A stretch of DNA of 64,000 nt. It comes from Leucoraja ocellata (taxonomy: Eukaryota). Of the stretch, positions 62,141 through 64,000 are shown piece after piece. The stretch's first letter is position 1, and each line of letters starts with the position of its first letter. Both the position numbers and the translations under genes were made by a program. The notes under the pieces were generated by a model. That model did no database searches. It was given only the letters and a program-made list of their open reading frames with translations, and had not been told where the DNA came from. Location of the stretch: the NCBI GenBank assembly GCA_036785375.1, contig JAWMAR010000647.1, positions 124,001 to 188,000 on the forward strand. Reading direction: 5' to 3'.

Positions 62141-62559
62141 ATAAAGATGCTTTACAAATGCAGATTATTTTGTTGCTTTTGCGACTCAATGAATGTTTGG
62201 AGAAATGGACATCCAATAAATCTAGTTTTACATTTTAGAATGCAGTCCCATGCAAATGATATACGGAATCTAATGAAGATCTATGCTGTTATCATTTGGG
62301 CATTCCCTTCTTTGCTCATTTTTGCAACAAATAAACTTATAGTCATCAGCAGGCAGACCATAGGGAAAATCTTGCTGGCTGTTGTTTGGACCAAACTCTC
62401 CCCACTTCAGCAAATCTTGGACTTAGGTGCTCAACATGACAGTGGGAGAGATTATGGTCAGACTGCTCCAAAATAACTTCCTTCTGTATCTTGCACTGCT
62501 AACCCTACCAACACACCATCTAATTAATACTCTTATCTAGTATAATATGGTAGGGCACT

Positions 62560-62858
62560 GTTTAGTTTTTGTTTAGTGTAGAGATACAGTGCGGAAACGG
62601 GCCATTTGGCCCACCCTGTCCATGCCCAACAGTGATCAACCTGTACACTAGCACTATCCTACACACTAGGGATAATTTACAACTTTTACTGAAGCCAATT
62701 CGCCTACAAACCTGTGCATCTTTGGAGTGTGGGACGAAACCGAAGCACCTGGAGGAAACAGGGAGAACATACAAACTCCATACATGCAAGCACCCGTAGT
62801 CTGGATCCAACCCGGGTCTCTGGCGCTGTAAGGCAGCAATACCACCAGCTGCCCTTGT
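62560..62858 (-). mobile_element. tRNA-derived V-SINE (HE1-like)
   Basis: Same structure as 11054-11330: GCTGCCTTACAGCGCCAGAGACCCGGGTTGGATCC, V-domain, CR1-like tail. Confidence 0.85.
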
Positions 62859-63197
62859 CACTGGACTAAATAATACACATTCTGGATACTCCACTGATCA
62901 TGGCACTTGTTCCACTCTTGCAACCATATCCATATCTCCATATCTCCATAAATATATAGGATACCTTCATTTCTCCATTCTAGCAGCAGTTTGGCAACTT
63001 TCATTTTATTACTGCATTTTCACAAAGCGTGGTTGAAAAGTTTTCTGCATTTGGTCATAGACTCATACAGCACAGAAACAAGCCCTTCGACACAACTTAC
63101 CCATGCCAGCCAGGTTTTGTTACTGAAGTTAGAACCATTTGCCTGCCTTTGGCCAATATCAAACAATAACGTTAAACATGCCCATTAAACTTCGCCA

Positions 63198-63940
63198 TTG
63201 GAGCGCAGGAGAATGAAGGAGATGAGGGGTGATCTTACAGAGGTCTATAAGATCAAGTCAAGTCAAGTCAAGTCAAGTTTATTTGTCACATACACATACG
63301 AGATGTGCAGTGAAATGAAAGTGGCAATGCTCGCGGACTTTTGTGCAAAAGACAAACAACAAAACAACCAAACAAATTATAAACACAATCATACCACACA
63401 TATTCTTTTACATAATAAATAATAGAAGGAAAAACGTTCTGTAGAGTTAGTCCCTGGTGAGAAAGGCGTTTACAGTCCGAATTGCCTCTGGGAAGAAACT
63501 CCTTCTCAACCTCTCCGTTCTCACTGCATGGCAACGGAGGCGTTTGCCTGACCGTAGCGGCTGGAACAGTCCGTTGCAGGGGTGGAAGAGGTCTCTCATG
63601 AGATCATGAGAGGAACAGAGAGGGTAAATGCACAGAGCCTTTTACCCAGTCTAGGGGAATCAAGAACCAGAAGTCATTGGTTTAAGGTGAGAGGGAAAAG
63701 ATTGGATAGGACCTGAGGGGCAACCTTTTCACAGAATGTTGGGTTGTATATGGAACAAGCTGCCAGAGGTAGTTAAAGCAGGTACTATCACAACATTTAA
63801 AAGATATTTGAACAGGTACATGGATAGGAAAGATATAGAAGGATATTTGCCAACTGCAGCCAGGTGGGACTAGTGTAGACGGGGTATCTTGGTCAGCGTG
63901 GGCCAATAGGCCTGTTTCCATGCTGAATGACTCTATGACA
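63198..63940 (+). mobile_element. CR1 3' end interrupted by a Rex/Babar-type LINE
   Basis: ERRRMKEMRGDLTEVYKI resumes as ATCATGAGAGG at 63603. Confidence 0.8.
63256..63600 (-). mobile_element. Rex/Babar-type LINE 3' end with (CTTGA)n tail
   Basis: (AAGTC)n at 63254-63277; GGGAAGAAACTCCTTCTCAACCT motif; AGATCA duplicated at 63250-63255 and 63601-63606. Confidence 0.72.
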
Positions 63941-64000
63941 CTACTGCAGCATGTTCCACCACTCTTGGTGTGAAGAAATTCCCCCTCAAAAATTGGTCTC

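Noticed and set aside
27181-64000. TGFBR3 exon 4 (expected VTLHL...LNSP.PL.W.LKTE)
   Set aside because: Candidate acceptors checked by eye (about 30186, 30290, 32011, 35698, 38364, 40998) do not give this peptide; it probably lies beyond the window.

Overview
Vertebrate genomic DNA, most likely from an elasmobranch (skate/ray/shark). This is inferred from the repeat complement: HE1-like V-SINEs, HER1/CR1 LINEs and Penelope-type short repeats. The window holds the 5' part of TGFBR3 (betaglycan) on the + strand: a CpG-island promoter and probable non-coding exon 1 (~6.0-6.6 kb), exon 2 (13827-14057, signal peptide MTSNGIQTLLLFLLMCGVSAG), and exon 3 (26960-27180, ...HPVKTLLESFTVLSGCASGGTTGLPQEVHIINL...), which appears to end in a GC-AG donor. 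I could not find exon 4 in the window. The rest is upstream or intronic DNA rich in CR1, Rex/Babar and L2 LINE fragments, V-SINEs, a young PIF/Harbinger MITE and a decayed Gypsy element carrying nested insertions. Two things stand out. (1) About 15 copies of a short Penelope-type repeat carry a minimal hammerhead-ribozyme core (CTGAAGA-stem II-GAAAC-GTC), often as inverted pairs. (2) An ~8 kb block (~50.2-58.56 kb) has no recognisable repeats, is richer in CpG, holds the window's only N runs (with a 12-bp island) and abuts a Gypsy element cut off inside pol, so it may not be native to this locus. All calls were made by eye; family names and human comparisons come from memory and need database confirmation.
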